Assembly (NCBI GenBank): GCA_964016885.1 | Contig: OZ024762.1 | Span: 310,001-374,000 of the forward strand | Direction: 5' to 3' | Length of the DNA stretch: 64,000 nucleotides | Source: Eledone cirrhosa | Lineage: Eukaryota | Part shown: positions 12,910 to 26,357 of the stretch, piece by piece | Layout of the letters: the number at the start of each line of letters is the position of its first letter | How positions within the stretch are numbered: position 1 is the stretch's first letter | The notes under the pieces: generated by a model | Database searches by the model: none | Told to the model about the DNA's origin: nothing | Seen by the model: only the letters and a program-made list of their open reading frames with translations | Made by a program: the position numbers and the translations under genes

Positions 12910-15900
12910 ATGACTCGGTCTTTGAAGTTTTCTGCTAAACTCAGTCCCTCAGACCCACAAACCACCCCCGTCCGAATTATTGGGCAAATCCGAAACTTGA
13001 ACAAAATTCTGTACGATGATGTGAAAATGAAGCTGGAGCCGGTAGTTACTGCTGAGGTAAGTCACTCTCGTTGTTAAGGGCAGTGGGTTAACAGTCTCAT
13101 TGTTAAGGGCAGTGGGTTAACAGTCTCATTGTTAAGGGCACTGGGTTAACAGTCTTGTTGTTAAGGGCACTGGGTTCACAGCCCTTCCTAATGCCAACCA
13201 TCTAACAGTCCTAGGTATATTTTATTGTGGCACTAAATACTAACAACAAAACAATTTTAGTAAATCCCTCAAAATTGTTAATTAATTAAAATAGAGTGTA
13301 TTTAATTAGAACTATGGTCAGGAAAGGGTTAAAGCCCATATGTTAAGTTACTAACTTGGTAATGAAATAATTATTAGTAAATCCCTGAAAAGGTTTGAAG
13401 CCTGTTACTATATTTAATTTACTGTTGTTTCTATTTACAGATGTATTCTACTGCTTTGGCCACTCTGCGTCCTTCCCCAACAGATTCTTGTCCTCTTTGG
13501 TTGAATATGGCATCGATAGCTGCTCTTCCCACCCAGTGCAGTCGCCACAATACCCCCTCTCGGGCCCACGCTCTTACTAAATTGGTGAAAAGCTCCTTAA
13601 CTGGTCGGAAAGAGTTTATTGTTGTAAGTTCCAATTCATTTCATATTGTGTTGTTTTGTATGACTTTGAGGTGACAGGTGGGTCGGCAGCCATGACAAAC
13701 TCTGTGGGTTGCCATAGCAATCATGTTTGGTAGAGAGAGAGAGAGTGTGTCTGTGAAATACACCAGGTCCGAACACAAAAGAGCCAAACTGTCACTGCCT
13801 CCGTCTCTCTCGTTCTCCCCATCTCTCACTATTATCAGCAAATGGAGGCCTGCACGCTAGTGGCCCCAGCAAACAGAATAGAGAAGGTGTTTCCCCAGAG
13901 GATGGTGAGAGAGATGAACTGGAAGAGCAGCCATTCCAGCTTTTGGGTCTCTTTATAGTCAGGTTTTGTTCGAACCTCTTTGCTTCACTCCATGTCTCTG
14001 AAATAAAATAATTACTGGTACTTTTGTGGAGGTAAGTTGTCGTCTTTTGAGTGAAATAAATAGATTTTTAATGTGGAAAGTGATATAAGACTAAACAATG
14101 CAAAATGGACAATAAGATGAAGGTAATGTAAAAATAAGTTATCTGGTAATCTTTGTTTTGTTGTTTATTTTGTCCTAATATTTCAAGACTCAAAATTCCC
14201 TTCTTCAGAGTTTAAGGAACTCTCAGAATTTTCTCTGAAAGTTCCGGTTTCTTCTCTTTGGAATTAAATTTAGATTTAAATACAATAAACCTATTTCAAG
14301 TGTTGTTTGATGGTTGTTTTGTTATTCACAAGAAGAATGACGACAATTGCCGATGTAGTATTTCATGGAATCAATTTCCTTCATTGTTTCATTCAACCAT
14401 TTCTAAACTATTTTCTCTTTTCTTTCTTCAGATGGTCTGCGAACGTCGAGATGTGTTGGCATCGGCCTGTGCTATTGCACGTGCTCTTCCAGAATATTCC
14501 TGCAAGGCCAGCTGTACAAACAGTGTTTCACAGTCTGTCACTGTAGAATTTATCTTGGTTGGTAACGAGTGTGAAATTCCTCTGGCAGCCACTGACTTAG
14601 ATTGTCTTCACACAGTCACATCTGGTATCAGACTCGCAGCCAGACTTGTTGATGCTCCTTGTTCTGAGATGCATACCGATGCCTTTGTCGATGTAAGTTC
14701 ACATCTTTACTTTTGTTGTTGTTGTTGTTTAGTCCGAGGTCGGCTCTGATCCAGCATAATACATGTGATCAACCATACTATCACCTATATTATAACCCAT
14801 CTTATGACCTGTTTATGATCATCCTATGATCAATCTATGACCATCCTAGTCTCAGGTCAGCTCTGATCCAGCATACTTGTCAACCTATGACCATCCTATG
14901 ATGAAAGGTGTTACAATGTTGTTAATCAAAAGTTTCCAAATTTTTCAAGTTAAATAAAACATTCCTTCGTGATACATTATATTAAACAATTATAATTAAT
15001 AGGGCGGTGGATTGGCAGTATCGGTAGAGAGTCGGACGCCATGCTTTTCAGCATAGTTACGTCCCTTTACGGTCTGAGTTCAAATCCCGCCGAGGTTAAC
15101 TTTGCCTTTCATTCTTACAGGGTCGATAAAATAAAGTACCAGTAATGTACTGGGTAATTGCTGGCCTTGTGCCAAAAGTAGAAACAATTATAATTAAGAG
15201 CGAAAGTAATTACCATTAATGAACTAGACAATTATAATTAATAGCAAAAGTAATTAAAATTTACATACTAAACAATTATAATTAATAACAAAAGCAATTA
15301 TAATTAATATATTGAACTAAATAATTACAATTTCACTGTTTAATTGTGTGAAAAATTTGAATAACTGAATTAATTTTATTTTGTGTTTTTTTAGGAAATT
15401 AGTAAAGTTGGAGCTGAATTAAATATTACTCCTGTTATAATTCGTGGACAGGAGCTGGCTGATAAAGGTTTTGGAGGTAATAAGGGTCTCATTTTTACCT
15501 GGGTGGTATTGGTGGTGGGGGTTTCATTTTTACCTGGATGGTGGTGGGGTCTGATATTGATGACAATAGTGATGTACCTATGTTTACCTTACAGGTGTTT
15601 ACAATGTGGGTAAAGCTGCATCCCACCCCCCAGCTCTGGTTATCCTCAGCCACAGACCAGAGAAGGCCACATACAACATATGTTGGGTTGGTAAAGGGAT
15701 TGTCTATGATACCGGTGGATTATGTATCAAATCTAAGGTAAACCTTTCTTTTCTTTTCTTTCATCCTTTCAACATTAATCCTTGCAGACACCTGACCTAG
15801 TCTTATCTACCATATATATATAGGTCCTTGCAGACACCTTGACCTAGTCTTATCTACCAAATATATATATAGAGATCCTTGCAGACACCTTGACCTAGTC

Positions 15901-16559
15901 TTATCTACCAAATATATATATATAGATCCTTGCAGACACCTGACCTAGTCTTATCTACCAAATATATATATATAGGTCCTTGCAGACACCTGACCTAGTC
16001 TTATCTACCAAATATATATATATAGGTCCTTGCAGACACCTGACCTAGTCTTATCTACCAAATATATATATATAGGTCCTTGCAGACACCTGACCTAGTC
16101 TTATCTACCAAATATATATATATAGATCCTTGCAGACACCTGACCTAGTCTTATCTACCAAATATATATATATATATATATAGGTCCTTGCAGACACCTG
16201 ACCTAGTCTTATCTACCAAATATATATATATAGATCCTTGCAGACACCTTGACCTAGTCTTATCTACCATATATATATAGGTCCTTGCAGACACCTGACC
16301 TAGTCTTATCTACCATATATATATATAGGTCCTTGCAGACACCTTGACCTAGTCTTATCTACCAAATATATATATATAGATCCTTGCAGACACCTGACCT
16401 AGTCTTATCTACCATATATATATAGGTCCTTGCAGACACCTGACCTAGTCTTATCTACCATATATATATATAGGTCCTTGCAGACACCTTGACCTAGTCT
16501 TATCTACCAAATATATATATATAGGTCCTTGCAGACACCTTGACCTAGTCTTATCTACC

Positions 16560-16595
<36 letters not shown>

Positions 16596-19500
16596 GCATA
16601 CATATACATAAACACTCTCCCTTTGATATCCTGTCTCCCTATAATAGCTACTGTGTTCACCTTTATTCCAGGCCACCATGTTAGGTATGAAGCGAGACTG
16701 TGGAGGAGCTGCTGCCATTCTTGGTGCTTTCTATTCAACTGTCAAGTTGGTAGGTTATTGTTGTATTTCTTCTTCTTGGTATTGTTGTTGTTGTACTATG
16801 ACTACATCACATTAAATATTAAAGTCTTTACTGTAATACTGTAAATTTTCACAACTATAAACATTTAAATTAACAAACTTCTTTTGGATATTTTCTACTA
16901 AATCATTAAAGGTTGTTAAGAGTTAAACTATAAAATTGTATCAACTAAATTTTCTAATTGAATTAGGTAATTAAATATATATTTTAACGTGGAATATTTG
17001 CAGGGTTTCACAGAAAACTTACATGCCATCTTCTGCCTAGCTGAGAATGCCATCAGTCCTGATGCACTCCGTCCAGATGATATCATTAATATGTATTCAG
17101 GAAGGTAACTACTCTACCTCACAACTTTACTATGTCTTGTCCTTGGTTAGATGTCTCCAAATAGAGCATTTCATTACCATATTTCTAATGAAAGACATGG
17201 CTATGTCATTAACCCTTTCATTACCATATTTCTAATGAAAGACACTGTCTATGTCATTAACCCTTCCATTACCATATTTCTAATGAAAGACACTGTCTAT
17301 GTCATTAACCCTTCCATTACCATATCTCTAATGAAAGACACTGCCTATGTCATTAACCCTTTCATTACCATATTTCTAATGAAAGACACTGTCTATGTCA
17401 TTAACCCTTTCATTACCATATTTCTAATGAAAGACCCTGTCTATGTCATTAACCCTTTCATTACCATATTTCTACTGAAAGACACTGCCTATGTCATTAA
17501 CCCTTTCATTACCATATTTCTAATGAAAGACACTGTCTATGTCATTAACCCTTTCATTACCATATTTCTAATGAAAGACACTGTCTATGTCATTAACCCT
17601 TTCATTGTCATATTTCTAATGAAAGACACTACCTATGTTATTTGGGCTTCCTACAATTTCTCTGAAATTTCAAAATCAAAGGTGAATCAGAAGGGTTAAA
17701 GAAGTGTGCTGATTTGCCCTAAATATAACCAAATGGCTTCAATATTGCACCTTCAGTGTTGTCCTAAATAATCAGTGCTGGTTTGCCCTTGATGTATCCA
17801 AGTGTTGTCCCAAATACTCTAAATAAAAACAAGACTCCCATTTTCAACTTATTTCTTTCTATTTCCAGAACAGTTGAGGTCAATAACACAGATGCTGAGG
17901 GTCGTCTGGTACTTAGTGATGGGGTAAGTTGAGACACTATATAACATAGCTTTACATCTGGTACTTAGTGATGGGGTTAGTTGAGACATTATATAACATA
18001 CCTTTACATCTGGTACTTAGTGATGGGGTAAGTTGAGACACTAAATAACATAGCTTTACATCTGATACTTAGTGATGGGGTTAGTTGAGACATTATATAA
18101 CATACCTTTACATCTGGTACTTAGTGATGGGGTAAGTTGAGACACTAAATAACATAGCTTTACATCTGGTACTTAGTGATGGGGTTAGTTGAGACATTAT
18201 ATAACATACCTTTACATCTGGTACAGACATGGTTCAATGTGTTTGGGTGTATATAAATGTGTACAACCGAGCATGTATATATGTGTGTGTGTTTGTGCAT
18301 ATGTGTATATATGTATGGGCATGTGTGTCCCCAAAGGTTTAGTAGCTATAACTCCCACCTATCTATATGCCCCTGACAAGTAATTCAGGTCTCCAAACCG
18401 CTTTCTTCTTTGTTTACAGGTGGCCTATGCCCAGAAAGACCTCAAAGCTGATATTGTGATAGATGTAGCTACCCTGACCGGGGCCCAGGGAGTGGCAACT
18501 GGTAAGTACATCACACTCCCTACTTTATTGACCTCTTCCAACAGTGCCAGAATTGGTAGAGCGCTGGACAAAATCTTTCGTAGTCATTGGTTACGGCTCT
18601 TTACACTGAAATCCCACCAAGGTTAGCTTTGCCTGACAGAATTGATGAAATAAAATACCAGTAATATACTGAGGCTGATTTAATCTTCTTCCCCTTAAAT
18701 TTCCTGTCCTTGTGCCGAGATTAGAACCTATTTACTTTATCGTGAACCCTACTTCTAACCCTGAATTTATGTTACAAACCAACAGAGGTTCCCAGTATTA
18801 CATTTGTAGTTACCAAGGGGACCACAGACTACTTCTACTACTGTTGTAGGTACCCAAGAGACCACAAACACCCAGTACTACTGTTGTAGATACCCTAGAG
18901 GTGTTGAGGGGTCACAGGTTGGGACCCACTGTGTTATAGTTTTATTTTTTCTCCTGAAAAATTTATGGATTGTTTCTATAATCTTTTGCAGGTCGTTTCC
19001 ATGCAGGTATTGTCACCAATAATGAGAACTGGGAAAACGCTTGTTTAAAAGCTGGCCGAGTGAGCGGAGATCTTGTACATGCCATGCCCTACACTCCAGA
19101 ACTGCACTTTGTAGAATTTTCCAGTGCTTTAGCTGATATGAAGAACTCTGTGGCTGTAAGTACAGAAAGGATTTGGTATTATTTACCTTGAGTTAATAAA
19201 TATCTACCTTGGTCGAGTGTCTTCTGCTGTAGCTCTGGTAAGTTGACCACTGCCTTGTGAGTGAAGTTTGGTTGACAGAAACTGTGCAGAAGCCCACTGT
19301 GTATATGTATCAACCACTTTACAGGGTGGACTAAGTGCTCAGTTATAGCACCAGATCACTATACACGGTGGACTTTGCCTTTCATCCTTACAGAGTCAAT
19401 AAAATAAAGCACCAGTAATACACTGGGGTAGATTTAATCAACTTTCCCCTCCTCTAAAATTGTTGGCCTTGTACCTAAATCAGAAACCATTATTATTTTA

Positions 19501-20089
19501 TATTATATATATTTTCTCTAATTGCAGGATCGAAGTAATGCCCAAGTTTCATGTGCAGGCCTTTTTATAGCTTCAAGTTTAGGTTTTGATTATTCTGGTG
19601 TCTGGTTACACATAGATATGGCATTTCCGGTTTATTCCGTAAGTAAAGACAGCTTTTCTTATCACCTCATAGCATCACTTTGGCTCTCTATGTGTGTGTA
19701 TAGGTGTAGGTATGAGATTGTATGTTTGTGTGTATACATAGGTGTAGGTATGGCTGTGAATGTTTGTGTGTATATATAGATGTAGGTATGACTGTGTATA
19801 TAAGCAGGTATGGTTGTGTGTGTTTTAGTTATGGCTGTGTGTGAGTTTATACTGTCCAAGAATGTCTTGCCAATGTGGTTTCATGTGATAGAGAACATTT
19901 AAAGTTAAATGTGGTTTTTTGTTTTCTATTTTGTAGGGGGAGCGTGCTACAGGTTACGGTGTAGTACTTCTAGCAACACTGCTCGGGGAAGGATCTTCAA
20001 ACTCGTTGCTTCAGTATGTAGCCCCATCTTTAGTAGAGAATTCTATGGACATTGAAGAGAACGAAGTGAAGAGGATTCGTTTAGAGTGA
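12910..20089 (+). CDS. NPEPL1: Probable aminopeptidase NPEPL1 (leucyl aminopeptidase family M17), 12 coding exons, about 519 aa
   Basis: GT-AG exons with consistent phases: 12910-13056, 13441-13623, 14432-14692, 15395-15476, 15595-15737, 16672-16749, 17004-17104, 17869-17923, 18420-18501, 18992-19155, 19528-19638, 19937-20089 (1560 nt including stop). The protein has the M17 motifs WVGKGIVYDTGG, MKRDCGGAA, NNTDAEGRLVL and ATLTGAQG, plus NPEPL1-type segments SDPQ, SRHNTPS, ADMKNSVA, GERATGYGV and C-terminal KRIRLE. An acceptor at 12873-12874 implies an upstream non-coding exon. Confidence 0.96.
15002..15190 (+). mobile_element. tRNA-derived SINE (octopus-type), near full length; the most abundant family in the window
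   Basis: A box (tggcagtatcggtagag) and B box (gagttcaaatccc), then a conserved body gaggttaactttgcctttcat...gggtcgataaaataaagtaccagt and an ATT-rich tail. Other copies or fragments lie near 1515-1625, 8570-8730, 12050-12170, 18545-18730, 19370-19495, 30115-30230, 30430-30640, 32950-33110(-), 37090-37630(-), 49150-49245(-), 50620-50810 and 63085-63530(-). Confidence 0.85.
15780..16590. repeat. Minisatellite with a constant core of about 32 bp plus variable (TA)n, in NPEPL1 intron 5
   Basis: About 17 copies of ccttgcagacacc(t)tgacctagtcttatctacca separated by (TA)n. Confidence 0.9.
17168..17640. repeat. 48-bp minisatellite in NPEPL1 intron 7
   Basis: About 10 copies of attaaccctttcattaccatatttctaatgaaagacactgtctatgtc. 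Confidence 0.9.
17905..18224. repeat. 52-bp tandem repeat copying the NPEPL1 exon 8 end and its donor site
   Basis: Six copies of tctggtacttagtgatggggt(a/t)agttgagaca...tttaca. Confidence 0.9.
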
Positions 20090-20345
20090 ACAAAGATCAA
20101 CCCAGGAAACCTGGGAAGCCTGCATAGTTGATGCTATGTCATGGTGTTTCTTGTAAACCCCCCCAGAATTTGGGTTGCACACCCAGGACACCCTGCTGTT
20201 TAAAGCTACCCTGGCCTTTTGTTTCTCTCCTTCTTCTTCATAACAACAACTACAACAACAGCAAACAATTATAGTTCATCACATAGCAAATTTGTAGATG
20301 TTTTTTTAGTGTATTAATAATACTTTCACATAACACCCCCCCCCC

Positions 20346-20377
<32 letters not shown>

Positions 20378-21544
20378 CTCACATGGCCTTCCTCCTACCA
20401 CACATCTTGCTACTTAGCTCTCTCTCTCTCTCTCTCACACATTGCCTTCCTCCTCCTACACCTGCTACTTGTCTCTCCCTCTTTCTCACACACACATTGC
20501 CTTCCTCCTGCCACACCTCTTCCCCCTCTCTCTCACATACATTGCCTTCCTCCTCCTGCTACTTGTCTCTCCCACCCTCTCTTACACATTGACTACCTCC
20601 TCCCACTCTTGCTATTAGTCTATGCCTCTCTCTCAATGCTGCTCTCCTCCTGCTAATAATCTCTCTCTCTCTCACTAGTTCTATACTATATCAACTTCAA
20701 CAACTACCCCTCCCCCCTCCAACTATGGTATATAATAGTTAACTATACATATATATATATATATATATATGTATATCAGGATTAAACCATAAAGTCTGAA
20801 ACTAGCCGTTGAAATGGTGAGAGGTCAGCCATCAGATCCTGGTTCTTTCTAACATATATATATATATATATACATACATATATATATATATATGTTAGAG
20901 TTGGGCCCCGATGGCTGACCTCTTACCATTTCAAGACCGAAGCTATGTCCATTCTTTTCAACAAGCTTCATCTCTCATATATATATATAATAATTTTAAA
21001 AGATATATTGAGGTATATCAATTGAGAAACTAACTAGGATTTAATACATATATACATATATAACAAATACAAAAGTTTATTGGGCTTTTAGTGAGAAACA
21101 TTATCTATGCATATTTATATGCATTGATTAAACCTAAAATTGAGTTGTATATGTGTATTCGAAGCTGAACATGGTTACATTACAACTGAGTTTCACTATT
21201 GCTGGTTCATCGGGTTTTGTAGACAAAACAAAAATGTGTGGATAAATTTCTCTGTAAAGAAATTATCCCCACTTTTGCTTTTCTACATAACTTTATAAGC
21301 AGATGTTGAAATCTTCAGCCGTAATATAACCACATAATCCTTAATTGCTTCGAATAAATACATAGTGTCCCCAAAAATGTATACATACTTCAACAGCATT
21401 CTATTAAATATTGTCTGTACAGGTAATCAAAGTATGTATACATTTTGGGGGGACACCCTGTATATTGCTCTCTCTCTCTCTCAATTTCCAATGCAAATTT
21501 TAAATCCATCCTGTTGGAGTTTGAACAATTATTATTATTATTTG

Positions 21545-21780
21545 GGTGATGGATTGGCAATAGAATCTGTAGAGTGTCAGACACCATGCTTTGTGGCATA
21601 GAATTTATGCCCCTTTACGTTCTGAGTTTAAATCTCGCCGAGGTTAACTTTGCCTTTCATCCTTACGGGGTCAATAAAATAAAGTACCAGTAATACTGGG
21701 GTCGATTTAATCGACTTTCCCCCTTCCCCAAAAGAATCGCTGGCCTTATGCCCATAGTCGAAATCAATATTATTATTATT
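21545..21780 (+). mobile_element. tRNA-derived SINE, same family as 15002
   Basis: Head ggattggcaatagaatctgtagag, B-box-like gagtttaaatctc, conserved body and (ATT)n tail. Confidence 0.8.
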
Positions 21781-22109
21781 TTCAGTCTGTCTCCAATCCT
21801 TTTGTTGCTTCTCAGAAATCATCTCCAACCAACAACAGTTTTGTTTCCAAACCTGGGAGTGTTGATTTTTGAAACTAGGAACAAACCATAAAATATTTTT
21901 TGAAATTTTTAAAAGATTTTTAAAATATGTCATTACATTGTGGAAGAAGCATTGAAGTCTTTAAAAAAACTTCACTCTTATACATTTATCATTTATTTCT
22001 TGGTGTCAAAATGTTTATCATATGCAACTGGCTCACTACAGTTTTGGTGTGTTTTTTATATTGTTAAAATGTCTCTTCCACAATATGATGGCTTTAGTTT
22101 CAACAATTG

Positions 22110-22485
22110 TGTGGTCTCAGATCAACTCGCGTGGTCTCTGATCAACTCGCGTGGTCTCTGATCAACTCGCCTGGTCTCTGATCAACTCACGTGGTCTCTG
22201 ATCAACTCGCGTGGTCTCTGATCAACTCGCCCGGTCTCTGATCAACTCGCCCGGTCTCTGATCAACTCGCCCGGTCTCTGATTAACTCGCCCGGTCTCTG
22301 ATCAACTCGCCTGGTCTCTGATCAACTCGCCCGGTCTCTGATCAACTCGCCTGGTCTCTGATCAACTCGTGCGGTCTCTGATCAACTCGCCTGGTCTCTG
22401 ATCAACTCGCCTGGTCTCTGATCAACTTGTGTGGTCTCTGATCAACTCGTGTGGTCTCTGATCAACTCGCCTGGTCTCTGATCAA
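22110..22485. repeat. 20-bp minisatellite (ggtctctgatcaactcgcct)
   Basis: About 18-19 tandem copies. Confidence 0.92.
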
Positions 22486-22949
22486 GTCATATGCCAGACA
22501 AGTCACATCTGCAATTTTAAAATAAGTGTTAGCACAAAATCACAGAAAAATCTCACATGAGCCCCAAGTTGGGAATATTGTATGTTTATGCTGTGACTCC
22601 CATCAATTTATTAACAATTTTTATTTTTTCTAACCTTCATCTTTTACTTATTACAACAAAACATCCCCCCAAATTTATGAAAACTAAAAACTGATTCAGG
22701 ACTTTGTTTTCAGCTTTTGTCCTTGTGTTTTTTAAAATGAAAATTCCACAAAAATAAAATTCTTTTTAATCCACAGTGTTTTGTTCTGTTACATTTTTTT
22801 AGTTCTATATGCACTGCCTTTTGTTGATTCTTTTGTGTATATATGTGTGTTTGTCTGTGTGGATTTGTGAAAATATATATATGTGTGTGTGTGTGTGTGG
22901 ATTTGTGAAAATATATATGTGTGTGTGTTTGCATGGATTTGTGAAAATG

Positions 22950-22981
<32 letters not shown>

Positions 22982-24239
22982 GATTTGTGAGTGTATATAT
23001 ATTATCTCCAGAAAGACAAGATGGAATAAAATCCAAACAAAGAGGAGGCACAGAAGGGAGTAAAAATAGTGATTGGGAATGTCACACTGTGTGACGAAAG
23101 AAGTTTGACAAATAAATAACCAAGGAATGGATTAGTTATTCAACTAATGAAACTCAAGTGTAAATCAACTGATGTGTGTGTTTTTTATTGGCAGGTATGA
23201 CCCTACCAAAGTATAACAATATAGGTGCATATATATATATTGTGAGAGGATGAAGTTAAGCCAACCACATTTACTGCCTACACTGTAAATGTGGTTGGTG
23301 TTAAGAAGAGCATCCAGCCATAGAAACCAAGCCAAAATCAGTTCTTTATGAACAAAACACAGTCATCTGATCTGTCTTTTCTCACAAGACAACACGTCTA
23401 ATCCATGCTAGGGCAGAAAAATGGACATTAAACTGTGATGATGATATATAACTATCTTTCAGGAAATGGTAAACAAACATTGATTTTGCTTTCAGGCCAT
23501 CAAACATTAGATACCTCCCTTAGTCTGACATGTCATACCAGCTATATATAAGGGATACTAGATACTTCCCCCTTCACTAGCTCGTCATGGCTTACTAGTT
23601 CTACACGGACGATAAAATTGATTAAATAAAATATTGTCAACATTTTCGGAATTTATTTCAATTTTCGATAAAATCAAAAAACGGAGACAAGCGGAATTTT
23701 TATGCGAAGGTTGATTACGTTAGAAATAGCAGTCAAATCTCCCTCAAACCACAGCCTTCTGTCTTAGATAGTGCAGTCTTAAATATGACTACAGCTGAAT
23801 ATAAGACAGGATGGCCATGGTTGGACTGACGTGGTGTTAATAACTTACAGTTCAGTAATACAACGTCAAAGACACACGGTAGCGCCATGCTATGTAGTAA
23901 AGTCATATTGTTACAAACCGCCATGTTACATATAACATTCAAATATCTTTTGAAAAACAAAAAAGACCAGTGAGTAGGACATATTTTAATAAATGGGATA
24001 CTTATAGCTGGAATATCTTTGATCATTGCTGGATGGGGAAACCAGGGTATATACCCTGGTAAAACGAAACATTTTTTACTACTGATATATATATATATAT
24101 ATCAGTAGTAAAAAATGTTTCGTTTTATTTTCACTTAGAAATTTTTATTTTTAAATTAAATATTCGAAGGTTTTCTTCGATAATAAAATAATTTGTTTAC
24201 TTTTATTTTCAAATATTTTAATGGTTCTTTTACAAGTTT

Positions 24240-24524
24240 GTCTCAGCAGACGACATTGGAGTTGGTCGTCTGCTTTAGAACGACATCTTTATAGGACGGT
24301 GGAACGCTGTATCTCTATACCTCTCACACAATCTCTCTCTCTCTCTCGGAGTCTGTGTCACTCTCTCTCACACACACACAACCTATCTTTCTCTCACGGA
24401 GTCTGTGTCACTCTCACACATACACACTCTTTCTCTCTCCCACTCTCTCATATACACAGGCTCTCTCTCTCCCTCTCTCTATAATCTACCACTCTATCTA
24501 TCTTTCTATCTCTTCAACTTTAAA
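24240..24524 (+). other. Probable non-coding first exon of the IHO1-like gene
   Basis: Non-repetitive CpG-containing stretch ending at a strong donor AAA|GTAAGT (24525). The next exon has an acceptor at 26825-26826 and contains the ATG. The start coordinate is approximate. Confidence 0.4.
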
Positions 24525-24620
24525 GTAAGTGACTTTATTTACGTTGTTTTTCTATAGAATTATATATACATATATACCCAGTAATATACATGGGTGTATA
24601 TTACTGGGTATATATATAAT

Positions 24621-24651
<31 letters not shown>

Positions 24652-24758
24652 ATATGCCTTTATTTAATATATATATAGTTGAATAAATGAACAGAGAACA
24701 AAAAAACGAGGGACAGTAGAAATGATGTGGTTTGTAGTCTCACACATGTATGTATATA

Positions 24759-24804
<46 letters not shown>

Positions 24805-24845
24805 TTCAAAATATTAACAAAATAGATATTCTTGTGATCAATTAT

Positions 24846-24910
24846 ATTTTATTATACATATTTCCGAGGTACTGAATTAAGTTTAACAGTACGTCCTCAT
24901 CAGATAAAAT
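24846..24910 (-). ncRNA. Hammerhead ribozyme-like motif, homolog of 7237
   Basis: Reverse complement ATTTTAT-CTGATGA-ggacGTACTG-ttaaacttaatt-CAGTAC-ctcg-GAAA-TATGTATA-ATAAAAT. Confidence 0.55.
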
Positions 24911-25102
24911 AGGATGATGCATGACATACCCTGACATGGTAGATGGTTAAGATTCAGTTCATTCGTTGATGTATTCATTGAACCTTGTTTAACTTTTAAA
25001 TATATATATATACACACATGTATGTAAGTGTATATATATATATATACACACACATGTATGTAAGTGTGTATTTATATATATATATACACACATGTATGTA
25101 AG

Positions 25103-25133
<31 letters not shown>

Positions 25134-25654
25134 GTAAGTGTGTATATATATACACACACATGTATGTAAGTGTGTATATATATATATACACACACATGTA
25201 TGTAAGTGTGTATTTATATATATACACACACATGTATGTAAGTGTGTATTTATATATATACACATGTATGTAAGTGTGTATTTATATATATATATATACA
25301 CACATGTATGTAAGTGTATATATATATATACACACATGTATGTAAGTATATATATATATATATATTCACATGTATGTAAGTGTGTATATATATATATATA
25401 TGTTCACATGTATGTAAGTGTATATCTATATACACACATGTATGTAAGTGTATATATATATATATAATTAAAATGTTGAATAATCATATTGTATGACCAA
25501 GTATTAACCAAATTATTATGTATATATATTTATATACATGTATTTACAACTGAAATAGTTCTAGTCCTGTCGAAGCCATTTCTATATTATACATTGTTTA
25601 CACTCTACCAATGTATTGAGTACATTACTGTGGTTACCCCTGACTGAACCTGGG

Positions 25655-25685
<31 letters not shown>

Positions 25686-25779
25686 GAGAGAGAGAAGGTA
25701 AACAGAAATAACAACACAACCAGTACAGTATATGGAAGGAATATATTAGTTTAACGCTTGAAATAGCAGGAAGAGGGTG

Positions 25780-25815
25780 TTAACGTTTCGGGTGCTAGTC
25801 CTTCATCAGAAGAAA
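25780..25815 (-). ncRNA. Degenerate hammerhead-like core in a dispersed repeat
   Basis: Reverse complement tctt-CTGATGA-aggactagcaccc-GAAA-CGTTAA; helix I is poorly paired. The host repeat 25695-25870 has a degraded copy at 39945-40105. Confidence 0.4.
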
Positions 25816-26031
25816 GAATGAGAAATTAGAAAGATTGAAGTGACAGGTAGGGTGGAATCAGAAAAAAATGTTTTTAGAGAAAAATAACAGATCCTTTATG
25901 TGTATGTGTGTATATATATATATATACCCCTATATATATGGCATATATATATATATATATAGGGGTATATATATATATGGTATGTATATATATAGGGGTA
26001 TATATATATGGTATATATATATATATAGGGG

Positions 26032-26062
<31 letters not shown>

Positions 26063-26357
26063 GTGTATATATATATATATATGGTATATATATAGGGGTA
26101 TATATATATAGTATATATATATATATACCCCTATATATATATATACCATATATATATATATATATATATATAAATACCATATATATATATATATATATAT
26201 ATAGGGGTATATATATATGGTATATATATATATATACCAGATATGATTCCAGTTCCTCAGTGAAATAACAACCCAACCAGGAACTGGGCATATCAGAGTA
26301 TTGACAAGGTTATACACCTCAACAACATATGTACTTGTCTATACCACACTAATTCAG

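Noticed and set aside
15002-15090. tRNA-like A/B boxes here and at about 3040-3110, 48890-48970 and 49660-49720
   Set aside because: No complete cloverleaf; each continues into a shared SINE body, so these are SINE heads and not tRNA genes.
15780-16590. CRISPR-like look: constant repeats with variable spacers
   Set aside because: The spacers are only (TA)n length variants, there are no cas genes, and the context is a eukaryotic intron.
16672-16749. NPEPL1 reads TMLGMKRD where I recall MPGMKRD in vertebrates
   Set aside because: A single substitution at a non-ligand position; the metal-binding and catalytic motifs are intact, so there is no case for lost function.
17151-17699. 182-aa ITIFLMKDTVYVINPF repeat ORF
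   Set aside because: 48-bp intronic minisatellite inside NPEPL1 intron 7.
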